Positions 62,236 to 64,000 of a stretch of DNA of 64,000 nt are shown here, piece after piece. How positions within the stretch are numbered: the first letter of the stretch is position 1; every line of letters starts with the position of its first letter. The position numbers and the translations under genes were made by a program. The stretch comes from Felis catus. Lineage: Eukaryota. The notes beneath the pieces are model-generated. The model ran no database searches. It was not told where the DNA came from and saw only the letters and a program-made list of their open reading frames with translations. The stretch lies in assembly GCF_018350175.1 (NCBI RefSeq), contig NC_058368.1:131814001-131878000 (forward strand), given 5' to 3'.

Positions 62236-63341
62236 AGTACTGGCAATAAAGTTTTCCTGTCTACTTTTAACACTATAGTTCTGCTTGAATTATTTCCAAT
62301 ACTAGAACCTTGGTATGCCAAGAGTTAAGATATAGCTTAAGAGTTTTAAGATATGATTCTTTTTAAGTTTTTTAATATTTGACTCGATGAATGGAGTATT
62401 TTTATGGAATGACATTACTTGATTTTCTGCATTTGCTAAGTTGGTGAATGATAAGCTAGGCTACTGCAGATAGTTGTGCAGAGGACTTCACCATGGAATG
62501 TGAACTTGGGTTGGAATCTAGGTGGAGTGCCACTTCCAGGCCATCTGCACTGGAGCGGGCCACATCAGCCTCAGGGAATGGGTGCCCTTTTCTAATCTTT
62601 TAGCCAAGAAAAGATGTTTATTTCCTAGGAGGTTCCCCAAGAGGGTGTGCCCTTTTCTAATTAACATAAAATTGCTTCTTGTGCAAGCCTGTGGATAAAC
62701 TTAAGAAGTAAAAGAAAATGAGCAGACAGGTAGGTGGTAGCTTTTCCCAATGGTTACTACAGCACAGTGGCCTAGGTGTGGCAGAGTTTTAGTGACCTGT
62801 AAGACAACTTGGAGACCGTATATTGTAATGGGAAGAGCTCTGGGAAGGGGTTTTGGAAACCAGGGTTCTAGTCCTTGAGCACAAGTATTTGGCCTTGGGT
62901 GTTCTTTTCTGGAAAATGAAAGGATGGAACTACCTTCTACCTTCAAGGGGGCATCCAGTTCTTGACTTCCAGAAAGTTATATCTAGAGCATGATAAGCAG
63001 GGAGAAGTTGGAGCTGGGGATTTTCTAAATTGGCACATCTGAAATGTCATTAAAAGTCTTGGAGATATGTATTTACCAGTTCTATAATAGTAAATCTTAA
63101 AATCAAGTAGTCCTCCAACTTCCTTCTTTCTAGTTATTTTGTTTAATTTGCTTCTTCTCCTTTTCTCCTTTTTCTTCTTTTTATCTGTTTTTTTTGTTGT
63201 GGTGGTAGTGGAGGCTGTCATTGTTTTGGGTTTTTTAGCTTCTTATGCTGGAAGTTTACATAGTTAATTTTGGGCTTTCTTCTTCTCTAATGGAAGCGTT
63301 TAAAGCTCTAAGCATGACTGTCTGCATCTCACCAATTTTGT

Positions 63342-63768
63342 TGTTATGATAGTCAATTTTATGCATCAACTTGGCTAAGCTGTAGACCCTAGTTGTTTAA
63401 TCAAACCTAAATGTAGGTGTTGCTGTGAAGGTTGTCTATAGATGTGATTCAAGTCCATAATTAGTGGCTTTTAAGTAAACAGATTATCCAACTTAATCTG
63501 GGGGACTGATTGAATCAGTTGAAAGACCAAAGAACAGAGCTGAGAATTCTCTGAAGAAGAAACTCCCATCTGTGGATAGCAGTTTTAGCTTGTGCTGTGT
63601 AGAGTTCCAGCTTGTCCTTATTGATGGCCTGTTTGCTCAGATGTTTGATCCACATTTTTGGATTTTAGACCAACTAGCCCCTACAACTGCACAAGCCAAC
63701 TCTTTACTGGATGTATATACACAGTATATTCTACTGCTTCTGTTTCTCTGGTTAAACCTATACCGATA
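63342..63768 (+). mobile_element. MLT2 (ERVL) solo LTR
   Basis: TTTTATGCATCAACTTGGCTAAGC...GGTGTTGCTGTGAAGG...TTCTGTTTCTCTGG. Confidence 0.85.
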
Positions 63769-63769
63769 G

Positions 63770-64000
63770 GATTTTGCTTTGAATTTCATTCAGTTCAACA
63801 TTTTTCCTATTTCCTTGTGGCTTCTTTGACCTATAGGTCATTTAGAAGTGTGCTGTTTATTTTCCAAATATTCAGGAATTTTCCAGATATTTTTCTGTTA
63901 CTGATGTCCTAATTAATTTTATTGTGGTCAGAGGACATATTCTGTACAATTTCAGTTATTTTACATTTTTTGAGACTTGTTTTTTGGACCATAATATGGT
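63770..64000 (-). mobile_element. L1 fragment
   Basis: TTTAGAAGTGTGCTGTTTA...TTTTATTGTGGTCAGAG. Confidence 0.75.

Noticed and set aside
46059..64000. Search for canonical CWC27 exon 11 (expected to begin near SEELRKEA)
   Set aside because: Not found by eye; intron 10 appears to extend past the window
1..64000. CRISPR array, operon or novel multi-gene system
   Set aside because: Eukaryotic intron-rich locus; repeats are SINEs, TSDs and microsatellites with no regular repeat-spacer period

Overview
Mammalian genomic DNA from a felid, judged by the dense, nearly identical cat-type CanSINEs (SINEC_Fc-like). Two splicing-related genes sit head-to-head on a shared CpG-rich promoter at about 12.3-13.0 kb. 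On the minus strand are SREK1IP1 coding exons 1-2 (12349-12337 and 803-756; the gene continues off the left edge). On the plus strand are CWC27 coding exons 1-10 (12966-46058; 938 nt, 312 codons plus 2 nt), covering the whole cyclophilin-like domain with the inactivating Glu122; intron 10 runs off the right edge. The rest is intronic: about 33 CanSINEs, L1/L2/L3/MIR fragments, MLT LTRs, hAT DNA transposons and microsatellites. Apart from ORFs overlapping these exons, the supplied ORF track is spurious. I see no new multi-gene system. The most notable local structures are a recent ~457-bp inverted duplication (SINE plus unique flank) in CWC27 intron 7, a candidate alternative last exon in intron 10, a strong-Kozak uORF overlapping a YY1-like motif, an old ~200-bp direct duplication, a nested hAT element with a readable BED-finger remnant, and two TSD-flanked tail-only insertions now seen as (AAAAT)n repeats. 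Repeat family names and boundaries are by eye and approximate.
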